From Patescibacteria group bacterium (GTDB taxonomy: Bacteria; Patescibacteriota; Microgenomatia; UBA10105; UBA927): a DNA stretch of 64,000 bases. The notes below the pieces were generated by a model. That model was not told where the DNA came from. It did no database searches and saw only the letters and a program-made list of their open reading frames with translations. Within the stretch, counting starts at the first letter, position 1; each line of letters opens with the position of its first letter. The stretch is from positions 211,581 to 275,580 of the forward strand of contig JBMOPU010000012.1 in the NCBI GenBank assembly GCA_049322955.1, read 5' to 3'. Made by a program: the position numbers and the translations under genes. Of this stretch, positions 1 through 12,000 are shown one piece after another.

Positions 1-8
1 CACAGGAA

Positions 9-3000
9 GTGTTGGCCGCCATTGAGGAAACGGGAAAAATAAACGGCAGCATCACCGACGAATCACAGCGGATAATCGTGATTACCAACGAGAATGCCAA
101 ATTAACGCCGTATATCGAAAGCCAACAGCAACTTACCCGCAAGATAGCCGTACTTGAACAGTCGATTGCGGCAGGAAATACGTTACAGGGAAGAGTGGTG
201 GAGTTTGCCAACCGTGTCTTCCGCGGACAAACCACCGCCGAACAGTTAGCAAATAAGCTCAAACCGGCGCCAAAAGCGGCGCTTGTTCGTAAAATTGCAT
301 CGACCGCCCGTCCCGTTGAAACCCACGACTCGTCGAAGGTTACATCACGAATCGTTGAGGGCGAAAACGGCAAACGCTATGCGCAACTTGATGCCGGAGA
401 AGCAGATCGGACTATACAAAACTATGTCAAAGGGGCAAACGAACGCCTGCAAAAAGTGCAGGAAGAATTAGGTTTCCCGCTCTACACGAAAGACACGCCG
501 AATGCACCACAAGATCAGGTGGGGAATATCCTTTCCGCCGCCACCCGCGGGGATCACAGTATGTGGTTAGTTGCCCCCGGGGGAGCGGGTAAAACCGAAA
601 CCTCCGCCATTACCGCCGCGGAACGGTTCCACTATACCAAGCGGAAGCAAGTGTTGGTGGTGGAATCGGAAGAAGTCATCTTGACGCCTGACAAGCAGGC
701 GACGTTTAAGAAAATCTTTGACGCCGAAGGCGTGAAGTACTTTGAACTGACGGATTCCGTCGGCAGTTTGTCTCCGCAGGATTTCGCCAAACTGATGGAA
801 GCGGATGTTGTCATTTCCACCAACAAAATCGCCTACGAATTCATTGCCGATTACGGCAAAGGATCAGCACACCCCGAGTTCCAAGCACAATTTACCGATA
901 ACCTGCAGTCAGGCAACGGCTTCGAGTTTATCGTTGACGAAGTCAAAACCATCTGGCAACCCGCACTTTCGTTCCAGGTATCGGGCGATAGTCAGGTGTA
1001 TGCCAGGACGCCAAACGGGCAACGCGATGTTGCAGTACTGCAGAAGGCATTGGGATGGAATATCGATGAAAGCGGCGTCATTACCCGGGACGCAAACGCA
1101 AACGGCCCGCTCGTCAAACTGCAACGGTCAGCGCTCGCCCTTCTGGACGGGGGAGCACAGAAGCTTCGGGAACTCTTTGATATAGATATATATAGAAACA
1201 ACGGTGAATTAGTACTTCGCCGGGATATCCGTGCAGAAGCATATCGCGATATTCTGCTTGATCAGGCGGCTCAGCATCCTGAGGCAAAGGCCAACATTGA
1301 TGCGATACTGGGCGAGTTTGTTGACGCCGATGCCTTTACCCGCGCGCTTGGAGATCCGAATGCGCGGGCGGCCATTGATGCCTTTGAACAACGTGTCAAC
1401 GGGATTCGGGAAGCAAACTTCACCAAAGATCCCGTAATGACCGGTATCCGCGATACGGTACTGGAAAATATCGGAGTTATGGAAACACTCGGCAAAGTCT
1501 ACGGTGATGTGGTAGGGAACAGTTATGAACCGGTTGCCCGAATGGGAGTGGATGTCGACGGGAGACCCGTTGAAACGCTTACGGTGGTTCCCAAGGATCG
1601 GAACATCTTTGAAGGGAAGCAAATTTCCGACGGTATGCAAAATCTTGTCTATAACTCCGTCGGAAAAGAGCTCTATGCAAAACTTACCGGCAACGATCAG
1701 ATTGCCTCAAACATCAATGACGTGCAGATGTCGACCAACGCGCAGTCGATAACGATTCTTGAAGTGAACTCGTACGCGAAAAGCACCCAAGGCATGTCGC
1801 TTGAAGCAAATGAAGTAGCCCGCGTGTGGAGCGGGGCTGTCCCTGATGCGCAAACCATCGGTTCGGCAGACGCCGTTGCCGAGATGATGTACGGGATGAC
1901 ATTGCCTGACGGTACGGTAGTAGGACCGAAGCGCACCCTTTCCGCGATTCATGAAGTAAACGGTGTTGAATCCGTGGGTACTCGGCTCAAAACGCAGACA
2001 CAGGCGCTTGCCGACGGAGAAGCGGGAGTGATGGGAGTTAATGCATCAAATAACGGCGCGGCAAATCTTGAGGTGCGCAAGGCCTTCCTCAGCAAATACG
2101 GTGATGCCGATATCCAAATAGTACGAAACAGAAACGATCTGCATCAGATTGAATATTCGTTTGGTGAGACAGCCGCCGACGGTGCTTTAGGCATCCATGC
2201 GCGGGCGGCGGTTCGTTTGCATGTCGAGCCGATCGAAGTGAACGGGCAGATGCGCTTCCAGTTGGTGGAAGAAATAATAAGCCGGGTGGTCAACGGAGAC
2301 GGTACCGTGCGATCCGAAAACGTGACGAGCGTACGGAGAATCGGTGCTCCTGCCGAAAAATCCCCGATCACCCTTGCCGATCTTGATGCCGTCAAACTTG
2401 CCGCCAGAGGAGCGCCGCTTTCCGTTGCTCAAGCCGAAAGTATCGCAAAGCTTAAGGGCTTCGGGTTTGAAGCACGACGGGGGTTCTACACCGATTTCTA
2501 TGACAAAGGAGCGGATATCGGCGTCAACCCGCTGTCGTTTAACAACGAATCTCTTCGGGTATTCGGCGATACGGCAAACAGCAGTTCCGAGTGGAATCAG
2601 GCAATCTTGCGTGCCCGCGGTAACGAGGGTGGAACGAAGCTTGTTTACAGTGATTTTTCACCCGATGCGGAGCTTATCGTTATCGGTGGCCGCAATGCTG
2701 AAATGAGCATGATCGACTTTAAAACCATGGCGGAAACAAACGGTTTCCGCGCAACACAGAAACAGGCGACGCAAACGCGTCTCCAGTTTCTTAACGAATT
2801 TATGGCGGAGAAAATCCGCGAGATTACCTCGTTCCTCCCCGAGGGAGAGGCGCGCACGCAGGCGGAATCACTGCTTGCCGGCGGGCAGAAGCGTCTGAAT
2901 GTACGGGTGGGTGCGGTGGAAGTGGATACCAATGTCGAACTTGCCCGGCAGGCGCGCATCGTCCAGGAAACTATCGAGCAGGTGATCAATATGCCCGATG

Positions 3001-6000
3001 TCCAAAAGCTTGCAAACGGCGGGTTCCTCGGATTGGGAAGAAATCGTGAATTATCCCGCCTGGTCGGTAACCTCACCCGAGCAAACGGCAGATCGATTGC
3101 CTCACAGATTCCCGAGGCCCTTGATTTTTCCAAGCCCGTCGACGCATCAGCAAAGCCCTACACCGAAGCCACCAACGTGTATGAGGTGATAAAGGGGATG
3201 GAAGCGCATACCTACGTCAATCCCGCGGATGATTTGGCGGGAAATGTGTTACCGAAAGTAATCCGCGGTATTAACGAGGTGAAGACGTCATTTACCGCAA
3301 CCAACACTCCGCAGGATATCCAACGGCTTACGAAAGTCGCCGCCGATGCGGTGCCGGATGCGATTCGGATCGCTACCCGCGTGAATCAGGGAGACAGTAT
3401 GACGCCGACCGAGTCATACACGGTAGAACTTGCGCGAAATACCGCGGTTGCGATGCAGGATGGGGTAACGCAGTTGGAAGCCCGACGAGGCACCTTACCG
3501 CGGCTTACCCAGAGCGTGCAACAGCCAAATACGCTTCGTGCAGGGGATGTCATCGTCGGCAAGGACAAAAACGGGGTGGAGGGTGCACAGACCATTCTTT
3601 TGGGCATGCGAGTGTCATGGACGGATGCCTCCGGTGACCACGAGGATCTGATAAACGGTGAATCCACCGTGATAACTTTCCCCGCCGGCACGACGAGTAT
3701 CAGGATTCAAACCAGCGGATCAAGAAGTGAGGTTGAGCTCAGCGGCCCGGACACACAGCTCGTATCTGACCAGAACAAAAACGCACCATCATTTGAAGCA
3801 ACATATCAATTGAACAACGAAATTGCGCAAACTCAGGCGGCAATACAAAAAACATTAGGGAATGCGACGGTCGACACCCTTACTGCGGCGCTCGATCGTG
3901 AAGCAAAACGCAAAGTACAGAATGAGCTGGCACGACTCGGATTAGGGAACCTTCCCGACAGTGAAACCGATGCAATTGCCACCGCGCTTCGTGCGTATGA
4001 GTCAGCAGTGGCAAGAGTAATAAGTCAGCTCAACGACCGCGCGCTCGAGGGAGATCCGCAAACACGCATTGATCGCGAAACAACAACGGAAAAAGCCGCA
4101 TTGCTTCGTGCGTTAAACGCCCTTCTTATAAAACATGCGGGAACGGTGAAAGATGCAAAAATCGCCAAAGCATTCACCAATCTCGGTATTGCCCAAAACG
4201 CCAACGTGAATCAAACGCTTTCCTTCTCCGAAGGGGGATCAGTACGGGTTGTCGATGAAACCCATAAAGGGTTGCTTGTCGATGCCGCCCGAAAACAAAC
4301 CGCACCGACGGTGACGAGTATAGCGGTCAGGCTCTTTGGTACCTATACGGATAACGCGCTTTCTTACCAAAAGAAACAGATAAATCGCGTCATAGCAAGC
4401 GAGAAACCGAACATCTTTGTCCGTGCAATTTCCGGAATACTACCGGCACTTCGCGGGATCGCACGAATACCCGCATCGTTTATGAGTGCAACCCGATTCG
4501 GCAATCTCGTGGATCGCGTTCGTAATTTCTTCGGTAGGACTCCCGTGACTACACCGGAATCACCGCAGGTTGCCCAGGGAATAATCGACGGGCTCATTGC
4601 CGGGGTGAAAAACGGTGCGTATAACGATGCGTATGTCGCGCTTACAAATGCCAGAAATCAGGGGAAGACCGATGATGCAACAAAGCTTGAAACGGCACTC
4701 CGCGAAAGTATTGCCGGACGACTTTCGCAGGCATTGGGAACGACCATTGCGGTGCATCATGACATGGTTACCGCCCTTTTGGCATATGAAGGCGGGTTTG
4801 TGCAGGCGGCAAGCACATGGAATGAAACTCCGGAAGGATTGACGTCGCTTACCTTGTTTGCCGAGGCTATCCAACAGGAAGGCGGTATGGCGGTACTTCA
4901 GCAAGGTGCGATTGATGCGGTCAACGCGTTCCGTCAGGCGACAACACTCACCCGGGATATCACGCCGGAAGCGATTATCGGTGTCGTTACCCAACCAGTT
5001 GTACAGGCAACCTACACGCTTCTTGCCGATGCAAATGCCGCAACATTGGAAGCGGCGGCACAGGAAAAAGCAAATACGCCGGTAGAACGGTTGAAAGCGG
5101 CACTTGCCAAGAAGGATTACCTGACCGCATATACGCTCTTTAATGAGCTCCGTGCCAATGCGGCAAATCATCTTGACGAAATTGCCGAAGCCGATACGGC
5201 GCTCCGTCGGGATGTCGCGACCCGATTGGGCACACAGCTTAACGTCACGCTCGATCCTACAACAATCGAGATTGCCCGAATCGTTGACTACGAAGCAAGT
5301 ATCATTGAGCTCACCAATCGCTCGATATCCGAAAATTCGGTCAACAACTATGAAGAATATTTTGATGCGGCACATCGGGATAGCGAGGTTGTAGCCGCCC
5401 TTGCCGATGCCGAAGCCGCCTTCGATACGCTTGCGGCACCGCTTGGGGTAACCCGTAATAGCTATAACGACGGATTACGGAAAACGATTGATCCGATGAT
5501 GCATTCGGTATGGGATGCCTTAAAGCTTGATGAAAAGATTGCGGCGAGGATTCAGGCAGAGGAAGATGCCCGATATGACATCGGTACCGTGCGAGGATGG
5601 GTGAATATACTCCGCAACACGTTCGGTACCGCATACCGCTATACCTTTGGGGCTAATCCGATTCCCGGCATTCGTGCATTGTTGCAGATGGCGGTAAATA
5701 GAAATAGAGATCTCACACCTGCGGATCGTATCGAAGAATTAATAGCATGGGCGGCATTCCGTATAGCCCCGGCGGCGTCAGGCAATCCGGTAGGCATACT
5801 CACCAGTGCAATATTTTGGGCATGGGATGGGATTCGGATTGCGTCAGCTCCGCTTCGCTCCGTATGGAGCAATCTGGTACATCCTGAACTGGTAACAACC
5901 GCGGTTCAACCGCTTGCGGGTCCTGACATTGCTCCCGATGCCGGCATACCCGCCCGCGGTGTACGCAGGATCATTTATAACAGCAATATCTTTACCAACG

Positions 6001-9000
6001 GGCTTACCGGCGCGGAAGTGGTCAAGCGCGTGCCTATTTATCTTGTTACCCGCGTCTTGTTGCTTGCTTCAACAGGACTCGGTGGCTGGACAGGACCGAT
6101 TGCGGGGTATGTCTTCTATCAGGACATGACATTTGCCTTGCCCGCCCAAACGCGTATCAATATCGCTAACGGTTCCCGCGAAGGCTTCTTTGAGGATTTG
6201 TGGAATGCGCATCCGTTCTTTGGTATCGGTCACAAGCCGTGGAAGCCTATGTATATTGTCCGCGATCCGTTTATTTTCTTTGCCCGGTACTCGATTCCCG
6301 TGGCGGGGCAAATTCTCTTCATGCATGACATGTGGCGAGCGGTGAGTTGGCCGGTGCGGGCAATCATACGGGCAACCCAAACGCCGAGTATTCCTACCGT
6401 TACTCCCGATGCGGAAGCATTCTGGGGTAACGACGGCACCATAACGATTCTCGGCATATCGGTACCCCGTACCTGGATTAACGCGACCCCGAATGATCGT
6501 CCGCTTATGTATGTTGCAACAAGAGTGCTTTCATTGGGCGCATTAACTTCGTATGACTGGCACCGGTTTATTGATGAGGGAGGATGGCGATGGTTGTTTG
6601 CACAGCCTGCCGATCACTGGACAAGGCGGCATGACAATGCCTGGTATCGATACGTTGCCAATCCGCGGCTATGGGGCGGAGGAATAGGGGAGACTGCGGC
6701 ATTTATAGGGACTCGGGTGATACTTAACGCATCATTCGGCGGTTTCGGACTCGTGTATGATGCATTCCGCGCTGTCCGTTGGGTGCGAGAGTCGTTTGCC
6801 GGCGGATATATTCCACAGGGTGCCGCTACGGCAACGGTAACCTCGACCCAATCCCAGAATTCCGCGCAAACAAATGGCATCACTTTGGTTTCCGCAGGAC
6901 TCTACGGGGATCAACAATTCAAAAACGGAGGCATTGTCAAAATAACCTATACCGAACAGGACGGCAGTCAACATACGGTGGACGGAACACTCCGGCTATG
7001 GTCACGTGACGTCAAAGACAGCATTTGGTATGTGGTACTTCCCGACGGGAGACGCGCAGATATTCGGCAAAGTAAGATAGTCAAACTGACGGAAAATATA
7101 ACAAAGAATAACAATCAGAGCACAACGCAAACCGGCACGACGACGCAACAGACCGCAACACAGCAAAAACGTATTTACCGCACCGGGGGTATTTACACGT
7201 TCCTTAACGCGTCTCCCTGGGGACAAGGATGGGGCGGTCTTTTCCGCTACGGTTTGACCCGATACGGCGGGTCGATGCTTATGACGTCAGTCCCTGTTGT
7301 CGGTCCGTTTATCGGTCCGGCATATACCATCGCGCTCGGATTATATGATACCTATCGCGTGCTTGATTGGCTGGCTACAAGCGGCAAATTCCCTAGCTTT
7401 ACCGGCAAGCGGGCGACGCAAACGTCGCAGATATCCCAAACGGGACTGACGCTCCACGCATTACCCGAAGGCATGGTATTGCTTGGCGGCGGAAGATATC
7501 GCAACAACAGTACCAAACAATATATTGTCAGAAATGCTGAGACGGGAAAAACCCGCACGCTTCGGGCAGGGAAAGAGATTACGTTGCGCAATGAAATCAT
7601 CGAGCTTTCTGACGGAACGATGGTGTGGTTCGGTGAAAAAGGGTCGGTGATGCGATTTACGTTAACTCCTTCAACCGACACGCCGCAGGACATAATAAAG
7701 GCAAATACCGCTTTTGACGGCGGATTACTCAAGTCGGGAGTAACGGGAGAAACCCTCTTTGATCCGGGAAAGATTGGTCCTCTGGCGCAATCGCTCCGTG
7801 CGGAGATTAACGGGAAATCCTATACGATTCACATGCCGCAAGACATGAAAGAGGCGGCACGAGAGCTTCAGGATAGACGGGTTTTTGCCGCGGTAACGAT
7901 AGCCGCGTTACTTCAGGCGGAAGAATACCTGGGTGTATCCAATAATTTACCGACCGAGATTCTTGCCGTACCGGACGCGGCGTCGCCGTCACAGGCGGGT
8001 CTTGCAGGCTTTTTCGGAAGCAACAAAACCAAAAACGGCATGTTTGTGGTATTGCAAAAGAACACCGCCGACTACATGGGAATCGTTGCCCATGAATTCA
8101 CGCACGAAACACTCGGTTCCTCACCGCTTGCGGATTTCACCGAAGGGGTCGCCGTGCACATACAACGACGTATCGCGCCGAGTAGCCCTGCGGCCACACA
8201 TTTCTATACCAAGAAACTCGATCCGAAACTTTTGCATTACAACGAAGCGTATGTTCCCGCCACGGCAACGGAACTTTTCGGAAATGATGTCAACAAAGAA
8301 TACCAGGTTGCGTACTCATGGAGCTATGTGACGGGCGCGTTCCTGCTCCAGGCAATTGCCGAACTCTACGGCGATGAGGGCATGGTGAAGTTTATGACAG
8401 CCTATGAGCTGAGTAAGGATCGCTATTATCACGGCGGGTATGAACTTAATATTGCGGATAAAAAGACCGGAAAAACCGTGCGCAATCGCGATGCCATCAG
8501 GACACTTCTCATTGACACCTTTGGCGTACGCGAAACAAACCGCATCATAGGGATGCAGGAAGCCGCGCTCAAAGGCTATGGTGAGCGGTTCCTCAAAGAG
8601 GAGGCCAAAAAACAAAACGCAAACATTGTTGCGGAGCTGACAATCGGGCGACTGGCCGCAAATGACTACCAGACGCCGACATCGAACGATACCATCTCAC
8701 GAAGACATGCGGTGGTAACCCGCACGAGCAGAGGCGGATTATTTATTGCCGATGTAGGGTCGCAAAACGGTACCTGGGTAGAACATAACGGCGTTCGGGA
8801 ACTTTTGACACAGGAAGCAAGAAGGCTGGTTGCCGGTGATACGGTACTCCTCGGCGATCAAAACCGCGGAGAAATCTACACCGTCACGCAAAATACCGCA
8901 GGTGAGCTTACCTTAAAGAAAGGGGACACCGATCTCATGCTTCGTGCCAAAACACCGGCGCAATCTGCCGCGTCCGCCGCAAGGCCCTCCGCCCGGTACA

Positions 9001-12000
9001 AACCGAACGGTTGTTCTTCCTGTCGTGCGGAGTTAATCGTTTTCGAAAAGATTATGGAACGCGTTTTAGGAGCGGCCCAGGCAGAAACGCCGAATATTGC
9101 CGAAGCCAAGCGACTTATCGCGCTCGCCAAGGGTTATTTCTTGCGCTACACCATGGCAAACACGGAATTCCAATCCGTCGCAAAGGCAACGGTTGAGGTG
9201 GCGGAAGCACAGCTTATCAAAAATAGCGCCGAACAAGATGATGCCGTCGTAGCGCTTTCTGATGCGATCCTGCGCATGGAACAACGGACAGATGTTCCCG
9301 AAGAGCTCGTTTCGGAATGGGACGAAGCCATTGCCTATCTTAAGGAGAGAAGGGAAGAGGTGAAGGGTATGGCGGTTATCGAGGCGACGGAAGTCGAACG
9401 GATTCGTGCACAAGTGACAAGCGGATTCTATACGGCACAGGCCGCCTTGGGTGTGTATGTCCCCGTCGGATTGCGGAACGAAGGAGACCAAACTCTTGCC
9501 TCGTTTGGTATTACCCGGCCGACGGACGCGCAGATTGTGGAACAGGCAGTTGCCTCGATTGTCCCTGCGGCGGTTGATGCGGTGCGTATCGCACAGCCGG
9601 ATCTTGCGCAGGAAAATCCCGAAGGGTTTATTGACACGACCATGCAATTTATTCAACAAACGGCCGAATACCAGGAACTGCTGTCGGGGAGAAGTCCCGC
9701 GGTGATCATATCGTCAATCCGCGCGGCATTGGCCGTCGTCGTGCGAAATTCCGTGAATGCAACCACTGAAGGGCAGGCAGTTACCGTTTTTGCCTCCCCG
9801 CAAGAAGCCATTGAAAAACTTCCCCTGCAGAAAACCACGAAAGATACACTCCTTCTTGTTGTAACCAATGAAAATGAAATAACCGATAAACGGTTGGTTA
9901 AGCTTCGCGACTCCAGTGCGTACTATCCGCCGAAACCGGGCAATGCCGCATTAAACGGAGCGACGACCTCGTGGAACTGGTACTCCGAATTCACACAGTC
10001 TGCCGCGTGGGACTCCGTGTATCAGGAAGTTCGTCGGATAATCGCATCGGGTGAATCTGACGTCGTAAAAGCCGTGCAATTGGAAGCGCTTATGAATGTG
10101 ACGGAACGGGAAACCGTGCAAAAAGCCGAAGATGGTGTAGCCAGATTGCGTCGTGCGGTGCGTTTTTGGATAGACGGTTTTACCAATGTGCTGACGGAAG
10201 AGCGGCTTACCCAAGTGCTTGATGATCTTTCGTTCGGCAAGGTATATCAAAGTAAAACAGCGGGCGGGGAGGTACAGCAGGTTATTTTGGTGACGCCGCA
10301 AACCTTCGGCTTAAGCGTCATGAGTGCCTTGGATCGTGCGAAGGTGTATATCGCTTCGTCCGGTTCCAATGCGATTAACAGGGTCAGCACGATGTTTTTT
10401 GCCGAACCTCCCATTGAAGTGACGACCAACGAAAACGGTTCGGAAGTATTGGAACATGTTAGGAAAAATCCCAAGAGTATTATATTGAAGACCCGCTTGC
10501 CGTCGGGTGAAACGGTGACTCCGGAAGAAAAACTGAAAGGATATATCGATGCCATCGAAACAAAAGGCGCACGCAAAGTGTCCTTCACGGTTATTTCTAA
10601 GACGGGGGTACGTGATCAGAAAGTGCTCTCACAACTTGCGGAGTATGTGGCGACATGGAACACGGGGCATCCGGGCGACATCGTGCGTCTTACGGTCGAT
10701 GTGGTGCAGGAGTTCGGACGAGACTCCGATATTGAAGTATTCAAGTGGTTACTGCTTCCCGGCGTACATTCACTGGTGCATAGCGGTTCGAAAGCCGCGG
10801 GCGGGCCTGCTCATGCGGGCTTTATATGGGTTACCGCCTACGGACAGACGTTGGATGGTGCAAATGTTCCGTCGCTTGCACAGAACATCGAATCCCTTAC
10901 CTTTGCCGAACAACTTCGAGTGGTGGGAAATGTTGAAGCGATTATTGCTATGTTTAATCTCCCGTCGGAGTATCGGTTGGACGGGGAAATAGCCCGGGCT
11001 GTTGCCGAAGAAGCGGACGATTTCAACCGATCACTCGGTCTTACGCCGCTTTGGGAGGAGGCGATCGTTTCGGATACGACGCAACCGAAAGGTGATGACG
11101 GAAAATATCCGGAAAAGAAAGTGTTATTAGAGCAAAAGAATAACGAATCCATCCGCTCGTATCGCATCCCGTTGGTGTACCGCGACGGAAAATTAGTGCC
11201 CGAGGTTGACGCAAAAACATTGCTTCGCACATGGGAGGAATCCGGATATATTATGGGCGGCATTTTGGAGGAAACGCCGGATTTGGGGCCCATTCTTCGC
11301 TACGGTATTTCCACCCAACTCATGCGACAACTTTTGAATGAAGGGATAACAACGCCAGAGGACGCCCGGGCTCGCGTGCGGGCGCTATTTGCCGAAAAAC
11401 AGGCTGAGCTGGCAAATAAATATACTGAACAGCGACGTGCAAACGAGGTGCCCGTTACGGTTCAGACCCAAGAGCAACAGGGCTACAATAGGGAGCAATT
11501 TACCGCGGCACACCCATGGCTTGCGGCATTCGGATCGATATTCAACACGACGTTTAACGCGATGTTCTATGCGGGCATCGTCTTTTTGGTTGTTACGAGC
11601 GCAAGTGTAATTGCTCCACTGTTCGCGCCCCTTATTGTTCCCGGATTCGCCTCGATTTTTACCGCCGCATGGATTTTCATCACGGCGGCGCTTCCGTATT
11701 ATTATGTTTTCAAAGATTCCCCGAGTTACGACATAAACAGGGTGCTATATGCCGCTACCGTGCGGTTTGATTCGACAAAGACCGGCACTCTTACCGTTGA
11801 GACCCCCCAAGCCAAAACAGCCGGCATAAGTCAGGAAGCGCGAAGCAATTTCGAGGCGAATCACCCGGTGCGGTACACCGTTGCAAGAATTCTTGATGCG
11901 CTTCTTCCGGGATTAATGATCGGACTTCTGGTGTTATACATGGTTTCCTCCGGTCTCGGGCTTGTCACACTGTATGCGGCGGCATTTGCCCCGTATATAA

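Noticed and set aside
9-11. GTG at nt 9 as the genuine start of the giant gene
   Set aside because: AGGAA abuts the GTG with zero spacer. The N-terminus has no signal or other start-like features. Only two codons of window lie upstream, so 5' truncation is more likely.
4560-5375. Antisense ORFs inside the giant gene (for example 4560-5375, 9066-9659, 13193-13861, 20088-20741, 20540-21052)
   Set aside because: They lie on the opposite strand of a continuously coding 34.7-kb frame. Their translations are Cys/Arg-rich and low-complexity with no motifs. They are the expected artefacts of a long GC-moderate ORF.
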